Below, piece by piece: positions 22,101 to 31,665 of a DNA stretch of 61,012 nt; position 1 is the stretch's first letter; the number at the start of each line of letters is the position of its first letter. The notes below the pieces were generated by a model. That model was not told the DNA's origin. It did no database searches and worked only from the letters and a program-made list of their open reading frames with translations. Origin of the DNA: a virus (taxonomy: Duplodnaviria; Caudoviricetes); the IMG/VR virus record IMGVR_UViG_3300031841_002149, positions 1-61,012 of that record, one strand, 5' to 3'. Both the position numbers and the translations under genes were made by a program.

Positions 22101-25100
22101 TGCGAAGCATACAAGATGACTACAAACACGTTTGGTTGCTATGGTCAGACATGAGGAACAACGGCAAGGCTGATGCAGATGGTAGCGAGAGAAAGAAAGA
22201 CTTCGGATTGCAACACCCTGTCACTGAAAACTACGAGGTCGATATGTTCTACGTCGATCAGACCGACGCAGATGGAAACATCGACAAGTTTGCGAGCCTG
22301 AAAGTGGGAGAGGACATAGATATTTGGAATGTGGACGCAACGGCTGATCCCGTGACAAACATAGCCTTCTCCAAGCCAGCAGATTACTCCACATCGAGAG
22401 CGGTCACAGCAATCAGCAACGTGGCTGGCAAACTAAGAATATCGACAAGCACAACAACAGGAGTAGTAGCCGGTGATTATGTGCATCTAGTAGGAACACA
22501 AGACCACGATGGAGGACATCTCGTTGATTCCGTATCTGCTGGAAGCAGTATAACGACAACTACCACATTTGTCAGCACCACATTGTCTGTTAGCGGCACG
22601 GCTCTATACTACCCGACTACAGGTAGCGAAGAGGACTTGTCGCAATACCAAGATTGGGAGGACAAGGGCGGTGCTTTCCTAGTTGTGGACTCATCTCCTT
22701 TCTTTAATCTTAACACTAACTCTAATGATGGAAAGACCGGACAAGAGGCTGGTGGCGCAACTGACCTCATAGACTACACATCAAACAGCAAGGGCCAACC
22801 TACGTTGATAGACAACTATTGGGCCGAGGCGATTACCTCTCATCTAACAACCGGAGATAAGGGACTAACTCATCCTAATGCACAATACATAATATCAGAT
22901 GCTACGTTTGTATCTGACCTAGATAACAACCAAACTTATCTAAATACGAATTACTTGGGTCTTCCCGTCAACGATGCTAGTATATTTGCACAAAACGGCT
23001 ATGGTCAAATGAGAGCGGTGTTAGATAACAATGAGAATGTGCAAGACTTCTACTTCTCATGGACAGGTAGGATAGAGAGCGAGTTAGGTTCCTACACTGT
23101 AGCCACAGCAGGTTCAAGTGCTACTTTTGAAGGTAGGACAACACAAGAGATAACAGTATCGGGCAGTCCTAATTTTGACTTGAATGGCATAAAAGAAGGT
23201 ATGGTTGTCGTTAGAACCAAGGGAAGTACGGAAACCATACACAATATCATAAACTTAGGAGAAACTGACGACAGTAACCAAGGAAATACACTGATCGTGC
23301 AAGGTAGTGATTGGGCTGCTACTGATACATTTGTAGTGCCGCCGCAGTTGGGCAAAGTGTATATGACACAATTGACTGAAAATGAGATAAACTTGGCTTT
23401 GGCAAGCAGAACGGGCTTTGAAGATGCCATTAGAGACAAATTCAACGCAGAACAGGGGAATACATGGGACATATTTGGATTAAAAGCGTCAAGAGAGGCT
23501 AGCAAGAGGGTCGAAGTTCACCCAACTATAGGTTCTGCTTTTATGCTAAGATTAATGATGCACATGGACGGGTTCATCAAGAGCAGAAACAGTGGTACTT
23601 TCTTTGAGAACGACAAGATACGGACCTTGTGGAATGCAGCCATAACAGACAGTTGGCTGCCACCAACACGTTTGACCGCCATGTATGACATCAACAACGT
23701 GCCAAATACTAGCATCATGACCACATACAACGATACGTCGTCAAACGACAGTTATGGGTCGATGTTGGACACAAGAAACAAGACCTTGGCTTCCATATTG
23801 AATTCTATGAGGCAAAACAGTGGCTTTGGAGATACGAATGAGATAAAGACGACTTTCTCATACTTAATAGGTCACGATGGTAGGTTGGAATTCAGGCCAA
23901 AATACAACTCTCATCTCTCATTCGATAGGCAGAACATGAAGATAGCCAACTTCTCGTCTGTCACGACATCGCAGATCACGAATGTCAGGGTTTACTACAA
24001 CGGAGGTGCTTCTTTCATTGACTATCCCAAACCAGCGACCACTGACACGACAAGATGGCGAATATTGGAGAAACCTGCGATCACAAGCGGAGAGGAAGCA
24101 CGTTTCCTAGCAAAACAAGAATACAACAAAAACCAAAACGCACCCATGAGCCTGTCCATAGAGCCTATCTTAGAGTCAGATGTGGATTACAAGATGATAG
24201 AGAGCGGAAGATACGGCTACATAGCCGATCCATACATCGCCTTGAAGGGCAAAGGTGCAAACGTAGCATCGGAATACAAGTATGTCACGAATTGGACACG
24301 TTTGGGAGGCGGAGGCGCGTTGTTCCCCGGTATGGTCAACGCTCTTGACGGCAACCAAGCGACAACCACGGACATATACGCAAGATACGGGAGTAGCGCA
24401 ATAGACAATACCTCATCTAGCATCACATACACCAACAACTACACATGGTATGGGGCGAACTCGATCTCATATGCCTTGCAGGTAGTGGATGTGACTAACA
24501 AACTACCTTTCGTAAGCGCAACTAGCGGCGAGTCCTTGAGAGTTTGGATAGACTTGAAATCATCACAAGCGTCCGACGCTACAATAGATACGGCAGAATT
24601 CACCATATACTTATACGATTATAGTTTCGCTACTGATAGGGCTAGAGCGGCCACGACAGAAGGGGCGGCAAATATAGACGTGAAACACAGTGGATTCTAC
24701 GAAATATCAGTTCCTACGAGTTATGACAATTCTGCTGGCGGAAAGGTGATAGTATCGTTCAACGCAGAATACTGTCGTGCGCTTCTCAGGCACAGGTGCG
24801 GCGACCCGTCAAGTGCGAACATCCTAGCGAGAAAGGCGACGAACACCAACACTATCTTCCCGATAGGAAAGAGGGAATACGACTTCCAAGCCGGAACGAT
24901 GAACGATAGGGCAGAATGGTACGCTCCACGTATAAATATATGTAGAGACATGGCATATCATCCCGCCACGATAGTATCTGTCACCGATCCGGGTTTGGGA
25001 CTCAACACGGCAACGAACATGGTCGTGCAAGATGTATCGTGGAATGTCATGGCTGGTCAAACTGACCAAGTAATGTTGAAGTTAGAGCGGGATGAATCCA

Positions 25101-25972
25101 TAAAGGTCGGTAGTTTGACTACATATCTGTTCAATCCAAACAGTGCAGGGTCGCAAATGGCTAATGATTGGGGTCAGAATCTAAACCCGCCAATCATAGG
25201 ATCAGACGCACTTGCTCCCACTCCACCTACCAACACACCATCTACCGATGGAACACCAACATTAATAACAGGAGGCAGCACTGACACACAAATAGGCTTC
25301 GGAGACACAAGCGTTAGCATCAACCAATACTCAAGAGGTTCTTTCGGTAGGATTAGAGGTAGGATGAACTTCAATGACTTAGGAAACAGCAAACTAGCAG
25401 TTTTGGGTCAGAACAGAACGGGAGCCACACCAACGGCTATGTTGGGAATAGAAGGTGGAGAGGGGTCTATCATCGCAACCGGAGGTTCTGCCGCTCTAAC
25501 AGCCGATGGCTACGTCTTCGGTGGCAAGGGCAAGAGATACACCGGAGACAGTTTCGCTGGTAACTTGACAAGTCAGAAAGTAAGCCTACAAACGCAGTTC
25601 GTGACACCTGAGAACGTAGTAAATGACGATATTATTGTCACCGCAAAAGTAAGTTGTGGTGATTTCAACACATCTCAGACTGCTGTGCTTGAAACGACTG
25701 TCACTAATACTCAGACAGGAGCAAGTGTGAGTGCGACTACTAACATATCCACGAACACAGACAGAAAGACAGTCGATCTGATACCAAGCACTACTCTATC
25801 AGGTATAAGCAATCCTAAGACTAGATTGGAAGTGAATATCGTCAGAAAGCCCGGAACAGGAAGTGACAACGCAGACTCTACATCTGTGACCCTACACAAC
25901 TTGGATGTGAGGATGAACAGGGCAGCGACCCCAACCGCTTCCAAGTCTGCTCAGTTCTCTACGTTCTCGTAG
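19172..25972 (+). CDS. Large tail tip / baseplate hub protein
   Basis: 2266 aa, beta-rich, directly after the tape measure gene. Hub-like segments (PLWRGIVEKF..., GRLEFRP..., ITNVRVYY). Confidence 0.6.
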   Translation: MVRTVNKKYQVWLAGYYDDFNGARAIPDDTNSPGSTRSHSNSHHGNPMNGEATLNPRYRWAEPDRDQTGSNLYASSTNKFLQNDGVFEYISYDDTRQSSSEWEGRAQLQYPDGHVANRYRFAGSGSVGYQRFVNGYDTIGSYLVPTGSNDATFGRAAMNGYTSSLYEDPLEADQSNAGVTDTTGDFVQRAHLAGVWMGEQFQETSSNTPHTLFAEVTSPAKKPFLVVQSSRWDSTDNENTPTLIYDGPLNTRLDGDVFTTRLCLRTLTGAGTTNWNKINLQFEIGFAAPTSALTDTGFSGTPAVDFTIPINDTGLVISPNITYDQTGLLYNDLDQEQSYDNDDAWLDIDFVMDYTNTRYDIYVNGTRVKQNQAMNGSPTPADLYGYQITVKNNSSHTQNGYVSYLMVDRVGVVRYLTDNVTGDTDDAPITSLKMTRSTNGISSCQVKVSDIPDLHTDGVRGSVAANYAHNLKDLFVATSALDWNLLIFGDTDTRMDRPLWRGIVEKFNITQKARDRNLTFDARDSLSVMDRTVPLWEVGQEALNDSEEDTPYWLYEAKGFKDVMNMGVTKLKLLNNDLGFDKDSGHIETSTQRTQLGSGHPIQMYNNENSVYGPNDVENYYEGLGVTCVYKNASGHTVVELERDPGTLSTGINFINFTNHNATNKTVSTQSSDGKTLTFDGSVAAQTLTFTGETAKIIYMGKAWGPFFDYQLYTNIPPYNQQWPSIDSTHPNSTYYGTFGNAADLHFIFDADPGLSVGDEFAINGVNDAGTATVPSAYIGKHKVKQIQTTKSYFNDTITGTNDAKIWWVKTHTQYQGSELGDYSANTLLYSTARVSWSKDKGNIDTVEELPYRALHARWMRDLPQSLWFQYHFGVINKDAVNNANLAQQAISASQTLTSSSNKLQVTSTTYSNVPQYGVAEIWQWNGTGPVNSNNLVFRGKFVYQGKVTSGSDYYLIGCKYMPTITVGIVSTYYLKVRSIQDDYKHVWLLWSDMRNNGKADADGSERKKDFGLQHPVTENYEVDMFYVDQTDADGNIDKFASLKVGEDIDIWNVDATADPVTNIAFSKPADYSTSRAVTAISNVAGKLRISTSTTTGVVAGDYVHLVGTQDHDGGHLVDSVSAGSSITTTTTFVSTTLSVSGTALYYPTTGSEEDLSQYQDWEDKGGAFLVVDSSPFFNLNTNSNDGKTGQEAGGATDLIDYTSNSKGQPTLIDNYWAEAITSHLTTGDKGLTHPNAQYIISDATFVSDLDNNQTYLNTNYLGLPVNDASIFAQNGYGQMRAVLDNNENVQDFYFSWTGRIESELGSYTVATAGSSATFEGRTTQEITVSGSPNFDLNGIKEGMVVVRTKGSTETIHNIINLGETDDSNQGNTLIVQGSDWAATDTFVVPPQLGKVYMTQLTENEINLALASRTGFEDAIRDKFNAEQGNTWDIFGLKASREASKRVEVHPTIGSAFMLRLMMHMDGFIKSRNSGTFFENDKIRTLWNAAITDSWLPPTRLTAMYDINNVPNTSIMTTYNDTSSNDSYGSMLDTRNKTLASILNSMRQNSGFGDTNEIKTTFSYLIGHDGRLEFRPKYNSHLSFDRQNMKIANFSSVTTSQITNVRVYYNGGASFIDYPKPATTDTTRWRILEKPAITSGEEARFLAKQEYNKNQNAPMSLSIEPILESDVDYKMIESGRYGYIADPYIALKGKGANVASEYKYVTNWTRLGGGGALFPGMVNALDGNQATTTDIYARYGSSAIDNTSSSITYTNNYTWYGANSISYALQVVDVTNKLPFVSATSGESLRVWIDLKSSQASDATIDTAEFTIYLYDYSFATDRARAATTEGAANIDVKHSGFYEISVPTSYDNSAGGKVIVSFNAEYCRALLRHRCGDPSSANILARKATNTNTIFPIGKREYDFQAGTMNDRAEWYAPRINICRDMAYHPATIVSVTDPGLGLNTATNMVVQDVSWNVMAGQTDQVMLKLERDESIKVGSLTTYLFNPNSAGSQMANDWGQNLNPPIIGSDALAPTPPTNTPSTDGTPTLITGGSTDTQIGFGDTSVSINQYSRGSFGRIRGRMNFNDLGNSKLAVLGQNRTGATPTAMLGIEGGEGSIIATGGSAALTADGYVFGGKGKRYTGDSFAGNLTSQKVSLQTQFVTPENVVNDDIIVTAKVSCGDFNTSQTAVLETTVTNTQTGASVSATTNISTNTDRKTVDLIPSTTLSGISNPKTRLEVNIVRKPGTGSDNADSTSVTLHNLDVRMNRAATPTASKSAQFSTFS

Positions 25973-26658
25973 GAATTTCGTAGGGCTAGAATGTCCTTGG
26001 CACGCTTCCTACCGATGCCTTCAATCTCCATCAGTGACTTCTGTGTTGTGCGTGAGCGTAGTATTCCCGGCAGACTACCGAACTTCTTCAAGAGTTTCTC
26101 GGCTGTCGCAGGTGTCACGCCCTGAACTGTGGAAAGAGCGGCTATCCGTGGGTCGAGGTCGAACTTCTTGACGGAGTGTATGATGTCGGGATGGTGGTTG
26201 CTGAGAGCCATGCCGTCCTGTGTGTGGTTGACGACCAACCACTCCACGAAGTCGTCCATGCTGATAACCTCCATGTACTTTATCTTGGGGAATCGCTGAT
26301 AGAATGTGATCTTGAACTGATTTATGACCTTCTTCATCCGGGCCATCTCCATAGCGATCTGCTTGGCCGACGGCCTTCTGCTTCCCTGCACCCACGGCTT
26401 GAGTTTCGTGCCGTAGACGAGCAGCACGGGGTTCTCGTAGTTCTCTTGCAAGTCCCGCAACTGCGCTACAATCGTGCGCGTCCTACCTATTCCCAAGATA
26501 GACCGGTAGAGGTCATTTATCTCCTTGGCCTCTATTCCCCACTTGCCTATCTGATAGTCGGCTGATGCCATCCTACATACTTTTACCTTATCACTACCCA
26601 TTCTCATGAGCAGTTTGTTGACTACTTTGGGATTTTCCCGGTCATCGACCAAGAGCAT
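25951..26658 (-). CDS. XPF/ERCC4-family nuclease with C-terminal helix-hairpin-helix
   Basis: VDDRE, ADY and IEAKEINDL (ERKxxxD-like) motifs; HhH motifs VQGVTP and IEGIGRKRA. Start moved to ATG 26658. Confidence 0.85.
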   Translation of the reverse strand: MLLVDDRENPKVVNKLLMRMGSDKVKVCRMASADYQIGKWGIEAKEINDLYRSILGIGRTRTIVAQLRDLQENYENPVLLVYGTKLKPWVQGSRRPSAKQIAMEMARMKKVINQFKITFYQRFPKIKYMEVISMDDFVEWLVVNHTQDGMALSNHHPDIIHSVKKFDLDPRIAALSTVQGVTPATAEKLLKKFGSLPGILRSRTTQKSLMEIEGIGRKRAKDILALRNSYENVEN

Positions 26659-26693
26659 GATAGATGTAGTCTTATGGGTATATTTAAGGCGTT

Positions 26694-26876
26694 TCAAAAT
26701 CCGTAGTGCTGATACACTTCGTCTTGCAACACTACTATGTGCATTTTACAAGTATCGCAGTATTTTTCAGTCGATTTGTCGAGGTGGAACTCGCAGTTGC
26801 AGTTCGGGCAGTTTTGTAGTTCTTCGGGTTTCATTTTTAACATTGTCATCATTTTATCATCTCCTTGTTCCGTCAT
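26694..26876 (-). CDS. Small zinc-finger protein
   Basis: CPNC...CDTC. Confidence 0.5.
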   Translation of the reverse strand: MTEQGDDKMMTMLKMKPEELQNCPNCNCEFHLDKSTEKYCDTCKMHIVVLQDEVYQHYGF

Positions 26877-27864
26877 CTCGCCAGCATGAGCCGGGACAGC
26901 CTATCTTCGCTGCCAGCCATGAGCAAGTGGGAGTGTTTTCGTGGTCGAGTATGGATCGGACGTGCATACGAGTCTCGGACGGGTTGAAGTCCCTCCAACC
27001 CAACTTTCCGATGAAGTCTGTCATCTCGACGGTTATCTCATCTTTCTGTGCTGCCGTGAGTGAGGCAGGGGGAACGAACCACCTGAGATTCTCATACAAG
27101 TGGTAGGCCAACGCCAATCTTGGTGCGTGCTTGGGATTCTCATGGGCGATGGCTTGTTCTATGCACGGAGGTATGGGAATCTGCCCCGCAGACCCTACCT
27201 TTTCGTGCATGACAGATTGAAATGTCATTTCGATTTGGGGATTGGCTGCGATCCACTTGGTTATGCTGAAATCACTGTGTTTTGGCGTGCCTCGGAACGG
27301 GTCAAGGTCTTTGAACCGAGACTCAGGCTTAGAGGGAATATTGTAGCCAATAGGATTAGCGGCAAATTCTTCTGTGTCTATGTTGACCGCCCACTTCTGA
27401 CGGGTCGGGTTGTAGGTGTCGGGTATGCGAGTCAACTTCTGCGGGTGTCCCACGCCATCGAGGGTCTTGAGTCCCTTCGCCATCTGTCGCTCGTAGCGGT
27501 CAACGTGCTTGGCTATGGCCGTTCCCATGACAGGCTTCTCAAACATCTGATGGATGTGGAAGCCTCGGCCCGTGAACACCGTCCTGATGTCACCATCAAG
27601 CCGATTGATCAGTTCTGCTGCATCTAGTTTCACGTCTTCCAAGGAACCACCTTCTTCTATGTCAAAGTCCCACCAAGCCCGGTCCATGATCACCGAAGCG
27701 ATGTCCATTTTCCAAGGTCTTGTGGGGTCAGCACGCTGGTATGAGTAGAGCGACGTATAGCACGATGCCCTACCATTCACACGACTAACATAATCGTCAA
27801 AGTTCTGTCGGCTGTCACAGGGAGTACGTCGCAAACCTATCTCACGGGGAAATGACAGTAGCAT
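26857..27864 (-). CDS. Archaeo-eukaryotic primase, PriS catalytic domain fused to a PriL-like C-terminal domain
   Basis: AEP motifs WDFD, TGRGFH and RIPDTYN. C-terminal PPCI...H..R..LA...PTC...C...C. Start moved to ATG 27864. Confidence 0.8.
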   Translation of the reverse strand: MLLSFPREIGLRRTPCDSRQNFDDYVSRVNGRASCYTSLYSYQRADPTRPWKMDIASVIMDRAWWDFDIEEGGSLEDVKLDAAELINRLDGDIRTVFTGRGFHIHQMFEKPVMGTAIAKHVDRYERQMAKGLKTLDGVGHPQKLTRIPDTYNPTRQKWAVNIDTEEFAANPIGYNIPSKPESRFKDLDPFRGTPKHSDFSITKWIAANPQIEMTFQSVMHEKVGSAGQIPIPPCIEQAIAHENPKHAPRLALAYHLYENLRWFVPPASLTAAQKDEITVEMTDFIGKLGWRDFNPSETRMHVRSILDHENTPTCSWLAAKIGCPGSCWRDDGTRR

Positions 27865-27868
27865 GATA

Positions 27869-28012
27869 TTACACCTCTTGCTGGTGTCCACACTCACATC
27901 CCATCACGGTTATCAACTTAGGGGTCATCCCCTCTTGGCCTGTGACCTGCCAAACGTCTTCTTTGCCTTCCCAACGGTCTTCATGACCGCAAGCGGCACA
28001 TACTACCTTCAT
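27869..28012 (-). CDS. 47-aa zinc-ribbon protein (MKVVCAACGH...CECGHQQEV)
   Basis: Read by hand. ATGA overlap with the upstream gene; CxxC...CxC. Confidence 0.65.
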   Translation of the reverse strand: MKVVCAACGHEDRWEGKEDVWQVTGQEGMTPKLITVMGCECGHQQEV

Positions 28013-28857
28013 ACATCCCACTCCGTCATACCGTTTAGTTCAGCCTCGCAGTTAAGCGAAAAATCGCACCAAACAGGGCAGAAATAGTCATTCCATTTCA
28101 TCGGCCACTGTTGGGATGTCAATGACTCTATAGTGTCGTATAAGTTTTCTTCAAAGGTATTAAGAGAACGCTCTCGGAAAGGCTCAAGCAGGGCGAACCC
28201 ACGCTCAGGGCCGACCCACATCGTCTTTCCTCTCTTGTTGCCCTCAAGCAGCAGGTTGTCGTTGAGGTCTTCGGGTATCTCGTAATCAGGCGTGATGTAG
28301 AGGAAATGAGTCACCTCGTCGTAGCCCAAGGCCCTTAGCATACGGGTGTAGTAGACCAACTCCTTGCGTGTCCTACCTAGTTTGCTCATACCCATGTTGC
28401 CTGTCTTTAACTCGACAAGGCACAGGCCACCGTCGGGATGCCGTATCACACCGTCGATGAGGCCGACCCATATGATCTCATGACCGTCGAACTGCTCATA
28501 CACCTGATGCTTTATCTCAGCCTCGACAACCTCAAGGCCACCAAGGTCGTGCGCTATCTGATGTATTAGTAAGGTAAGACTATCTACGCCCTCGTCTTCT
28601 TCCACGCCTTGCTCGGCGGCGACTTCGGGAATGACTTCAGGACCACTTAGAAGACCATGCTCCATCACAGTATGCACGGCTGTTCCCCTAATCATTTCCT
28701 CAGTGGGAGGCGCACGGGGAATGTCAGCGACATACGACCAATAGAACTGACGTGGACACTTCATGTAGGTCATCAAAGAGGACTTGCTGATACGCAAGAT
28801 ACCGTCACCGGGACGGTACGAGGAACGAGATACTTGATCTTCACTCGCTCTCGTCAT
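28009..28857 (-). CDS. Cas4/RecB-like PD-(D/E)xK nuclease
   Basis: S.S....Y.KCPRQ, GTAVH, GLIDG and VELKTG motifs; C-terminal C...C.....C cluster ligands. Confidence 0.8.
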   Translation of the reverse strand: MTRASEDQVSRSSYRPGDGILRISKSSLMTYMKCPRQFYWSYVADIPRAPPTEEMIRGTAVHTVMEHGLLSGPEVIPEVAAEQGVEEDEGVDSLTLLIHQIAHDLGGLEVVEAEIKHQVYEQFDGHEIIWVGLIDGVIRHPDGGLCLVELKTGNMGMSKLGRTRKELVYYTRMLRALGYDEVTHFLYITPDYEIPEDLNDNLLLEGNKRGKTMWVGPERGFALLEPFRERSLNTFEENLYDTIESLTSQQWPMKWNDYFCPVWCDFSLNCEAELNGMTEWDV

Positions 28858-29155
28858 TCATAATCAGCCCGCTATCCCAATCTTCCACTGTCGTTTGCTT
28901 GTTATCAAAAAGGTTCTCTCCACAGGTGGGACATTCATCTTGCTTTGGAAGTCCGTTGATGATAGGTCTTGTGACATGCTCACCACAGTTGGCGCACGTT
29001 ATGTCCTCCGTCTTGCCCATGTCTTTCAACAGGGCAAACAGAACAATGTTTAGTTTGCTTAGTTGGTTGTCAACTATGCTAAACGCTTGCACCGTCTGTC
29101 CCATAAATGTCTGTATCTGTTCTGCAAATTCAGCGAATGTCTTATCCTGCTTCAT
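28841..29155 (-). CDS. Coiled-coil plus zinc-ribbon protein
   Basis: CANC...CPTC. GAGGTGA before ATG 29155. Confidence 0.6.
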   Translation of the reverse strand: MKQDKTFAEFAEQIQTFMGQTVQAFSIVDNQLSKLNIVLFALLKDMGKTEDITCANCGEHVTRPIINGLPKQDECPTCGENLFDNKQTTVEDWDSGLIMNDESE

Positions 29156-29185
29156 GTTGTCACCTCGTCCAACCACGGCTATAAA

Positions 29186-31399
29186 CTATACCCACGTAAG
29201 GTTCCCAAGACCCCTATGCGCATTGATAAGGGGTTGGGTAGGCCACCCCGCAAGATTGAAGTATGGCTCGACTTTCTTGAGGATGAAGCGGTCAGCCAAC
29301 TTGCTGTAGCCGATGGTTGCAATGCCATCTATCTCCGATGGATCATCGAAGGCTAGGTAGTTCCCCTTCTCATCTATGGTGACGAGGAAGAAGTCACCTG
29401 CTCGGTAGCCCTTGCCTAAGAACTCGTTGGCCCATCCAGCACCAGCAGAAGGGCCTGACAGCACCTTGTATTGTGATAGGTCCTTGACTAACTTCCCCTT
29501 CATGCACAGGAGAGCGGGGTCTACGTTCCCACCTACGACGTTTGTGATGAGGTCTGACAGTTCCGTTGTCACCTTGTCGCTTGGGTCGCCGTTTAGTATT
29601 CCCGTTATGGTATTAGTCATAGCCTCCTTCATGACAGGCGGCATACGAGATTGCTTCAACTCGATGCCCTTGACATAGAGGGTAGGATCGTGGTAGGAGC
29701 CGTCAGTCCACGCTGTCATGCCCGTGTACCTGTTCTTGGCGACGAGGATGATACGGGAACACCACTTCTCAAACTCAACCTCTATGGGGGCCATACGTGC
29801 GTTTATCCTGTCTATGACCTCCAACCCCCTCTCAGGCGTGGGTATGACGCAGAATACGCTGTCTGTGTGGCCGTAGAGAACCTTGAAGCCCTCGGCCTCG
29901 GCCTCGTCCATCAACTCATGCAGGGTGCTTCTTGACGTGTAGGTGATCGCCGCAGCGATCTCAGGGTGATACATACCATACTTAGCGTCACCAGCAACCC
30001 CGTACATGGAGGCTACGAGCGTCTTGGCAGCGAACTGCATTGTGTCCCACTTCTTGATATTCTCAGGGTCAGACTTCATGAGGGCCTTGAACTCGTTCCG
30101 CATCTTGGTCATGTAGTCCATCTGTCGGATGAGAACGCCCTTTGTATCGGTCCTGAACTTTGTACCGTTGCCACAATCCTCCCCGTCAGGCGAGAGTGTG
30201 TCCCAAGATATGTTGTACTTATTGGCGTTGCTGTGATACATTGCTTTTATGTCAAGAATACCTACGTTGTCGTAGACACCGGGTTCCACGTCTAAGACAT
30301 CTGCGCCCTCGTAGTTTATCTTGTCGAACTGCGGGCGTGTGGGAATCCTGCGGTCAAAGCCGGGGTCAGTGAGAACGAGGTTGCTGAACATCTTGGTGAT
30401 GAACGGCGTGGATCGTATGTCGCACTGAACGAGGTGCTGCAAGGCTATGAAGTAGTCAAGAGCGTTGACAGCCTCATCAAGACGAGGCAGCAGCCTCACG
30501 TCCTGTCGGCAGTAGTGTATGTATAGGGCCTTGTCCGTGTCCCATGTGTCGTGGCCGTCGGGCAACTCTACCTTGGTTTCCCCTACTATTTCCTCGCCTA
30601 CGTCGCCCAACTTGTAGGAGGGAAGTTTACCGTTCTTCAACTCCCACAACTTAGAGACAGCGAGCATCAGGTCGATGCAGTTGCGGCCTACGATGGGCTG
30701 GTCCCAATCACCGAAGTCATACCTTGCCTGTCGCAAGGGAGACATGGATGAGGCGGGAATGCCACAGACCCTACACCTGTCGAAGAACTGCTTGATGTCT
30801 GCGCCCGTGACATACCAACCTGCGATGATGTCAGGGTCTTGCTTGTTCATGTGCTTGATGAAGTGAGTCAGTAGACTCTTTTCATCCCCGAAGCCTATGG
30901 CCGGTGTGTTATATGAATATTCACCGTATTTATTATAAGGCTTAGAGTTGCCATCACCGAGGTCAGGCTCAAGGAACCAAACAAACTCTCGCTCGGAGAA
31001 GTTGTCGTAGACTACTATTACCCTTATCTTTCCAGTGACAGGCGACCACTCAGCATCGAGATACCAAGTCCTGTGCCTGTAGTTGGGAATCTTCTCGTTC
31101 CCATCGTTGATGTAGTCAGCCAATACACGGTTGACGTAGGGAATGTTCGCCTCCCACGTCTGTCCTGCGTAGCCTATGTCTGATACGTCCTTGGTAGTAG
31201 CACAGACGATCTTGGTCAGGGACTCGCCATACAAGCCTGTATAACCCGACTCTTGGCGAACACAATCTATGAATTCCGCATCCTCGTCACGAACAAAGCA
31301 GTAGGGCCAATAACCCGTAATGCTTTTCTGATAGCGTTCACCTTCCGGCGTGCGGCCACGAACAATGATGTCACGACCTCGCCCCCTCTCAACGATCAT
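29186..31399 (-). CDS. polB: Family B DNA polymerase with 3'-5' exonuclease domain
   Basis: ExoI DAE, ExoIII YCRQD, motif A DIKAMYHS, motif B KTLVASMYG, motif C YGHTDS, plus KNRY and KGIE. Start moved to ATG 31399. Confidence 0.92.
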   Translation of the reverse strand: MIVERGRGRDIIVRGRTPEGERYQKSITGYWPYCFVRDEDAEFIDCVRQESGYTGLYGESLTKIVCATTKDVSDIGYAGQTWEANIPYVNRVLADYINDGNEKIPNYRHRTWYLDAEWSPVTGKIRVIVVYDNFSEREFVWFLEPDLGDGNSKPYNKYGEYSYNTPAIGFGDEKSLLTHFIKHMNKQDPDIIAGWYVTGADIKQFFDRCRVCGIPASSMSPLRQARYDFGDWDQPIVGRNCIDLMLAVSKLWELKNGKLPSYKLGDVGEEIVGETKVELPDGHDTWDTDKALYIHYCRQDVRLLPRLDEAVNALDYFIALQHLVQCDIRSTPFITKMFSNLVLTDPGFDRRIPTRPQFDKINYEGADVLDVEPGVYDNVGILDIKAMYHSNANKYNISWDTLSPDGEDCGNGTKFRTDTKGVLIRQMDYMTKMRNEFKALMKSDPENIKKWDTMQFAAKTLVASMYGVAGDAKYGMYHPEIAAAITYTSRSTLHELMDEAEAEGFKVLYGHTDSVFCVIPTPERGLEVIDRINARMAPIEVEFEKWCSRIILVAKNRYTGMTAWTDGSYHDPTLYVKGIELKQSRMPPVMKEAMTNTITGILNGDPSDKVTTELSDLITNVVGGNVDPALLCMKGKLVKDLSQYKVLSGPSAGAGWANEFLGKGYRAGDFFLVTIDEKGNYLAFDDPSEIDGIATIGYSKLADRFILKKVEPYFNLAGWPTQPLINAHRGLGNLTWV

Positions 31400-31400
31400 C

Positions 31401-31661
31401 TCACTCGCCTTTCTTTCTTCCACCGCGAGAGCGTGTTTCAATGTTGTGCTTGTTGAGCCACTTGTTTATGGTCATAGGAGAAGTGCCACACTCTAGGGCT
31501 ATATCTGCCATAACCCTGTCGTTTGTGACATACTGCTCGTAGAGCCAATCGTACTCCTGATAGACCTTACCTACGTTTTTCCTGATGTGGACGGTAGCAA
31601 CCGTGTCATCAAAAACAATCTCATGCGTGCCTAGTTCTAGTTCTTTTAAGTTTACCTGCAT
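31401..31661 (-). CDS. HTH DNA-binding protein
   Basis: WLYEQY....MADIALECGTSPMTINKWLNKHNI helix-turn-helix. Confidence 0.7.
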   Translation of the reverse strand: MQVNLKELELGTHEIVFDDTVATVHIRKNVGKVYQEYDWLYEQYVTNDRVMADIALECGTSPMTINKWLNKHNIETRSRGGRKKGE

Positions 31662-31665
31662 AGTA

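Noticed and set aside
945-25944. Many 60-210-aa minus-strand ORFs opposite the tail genes, and plus-strand ORFs opposite the replication and terminase genes
   Set aside because: Antisense shadows of long genes with no motifs or initiation signals.
28009-28857. Cas4 as evidence of a CRISPR-Cas system
   Set aside because: It is a solo Cas4/RecB-like nuclease within the replication operon, which is common in archaeal viruses, and no other cas genes are present.
29186-31399. Inactivated polymerase or pseudogene
   Set aside because: The ORF is intact, the key catalytic Asp residues and exonuclease carboxylates are retained, and it is the only polymerase in a full replisome cluster.
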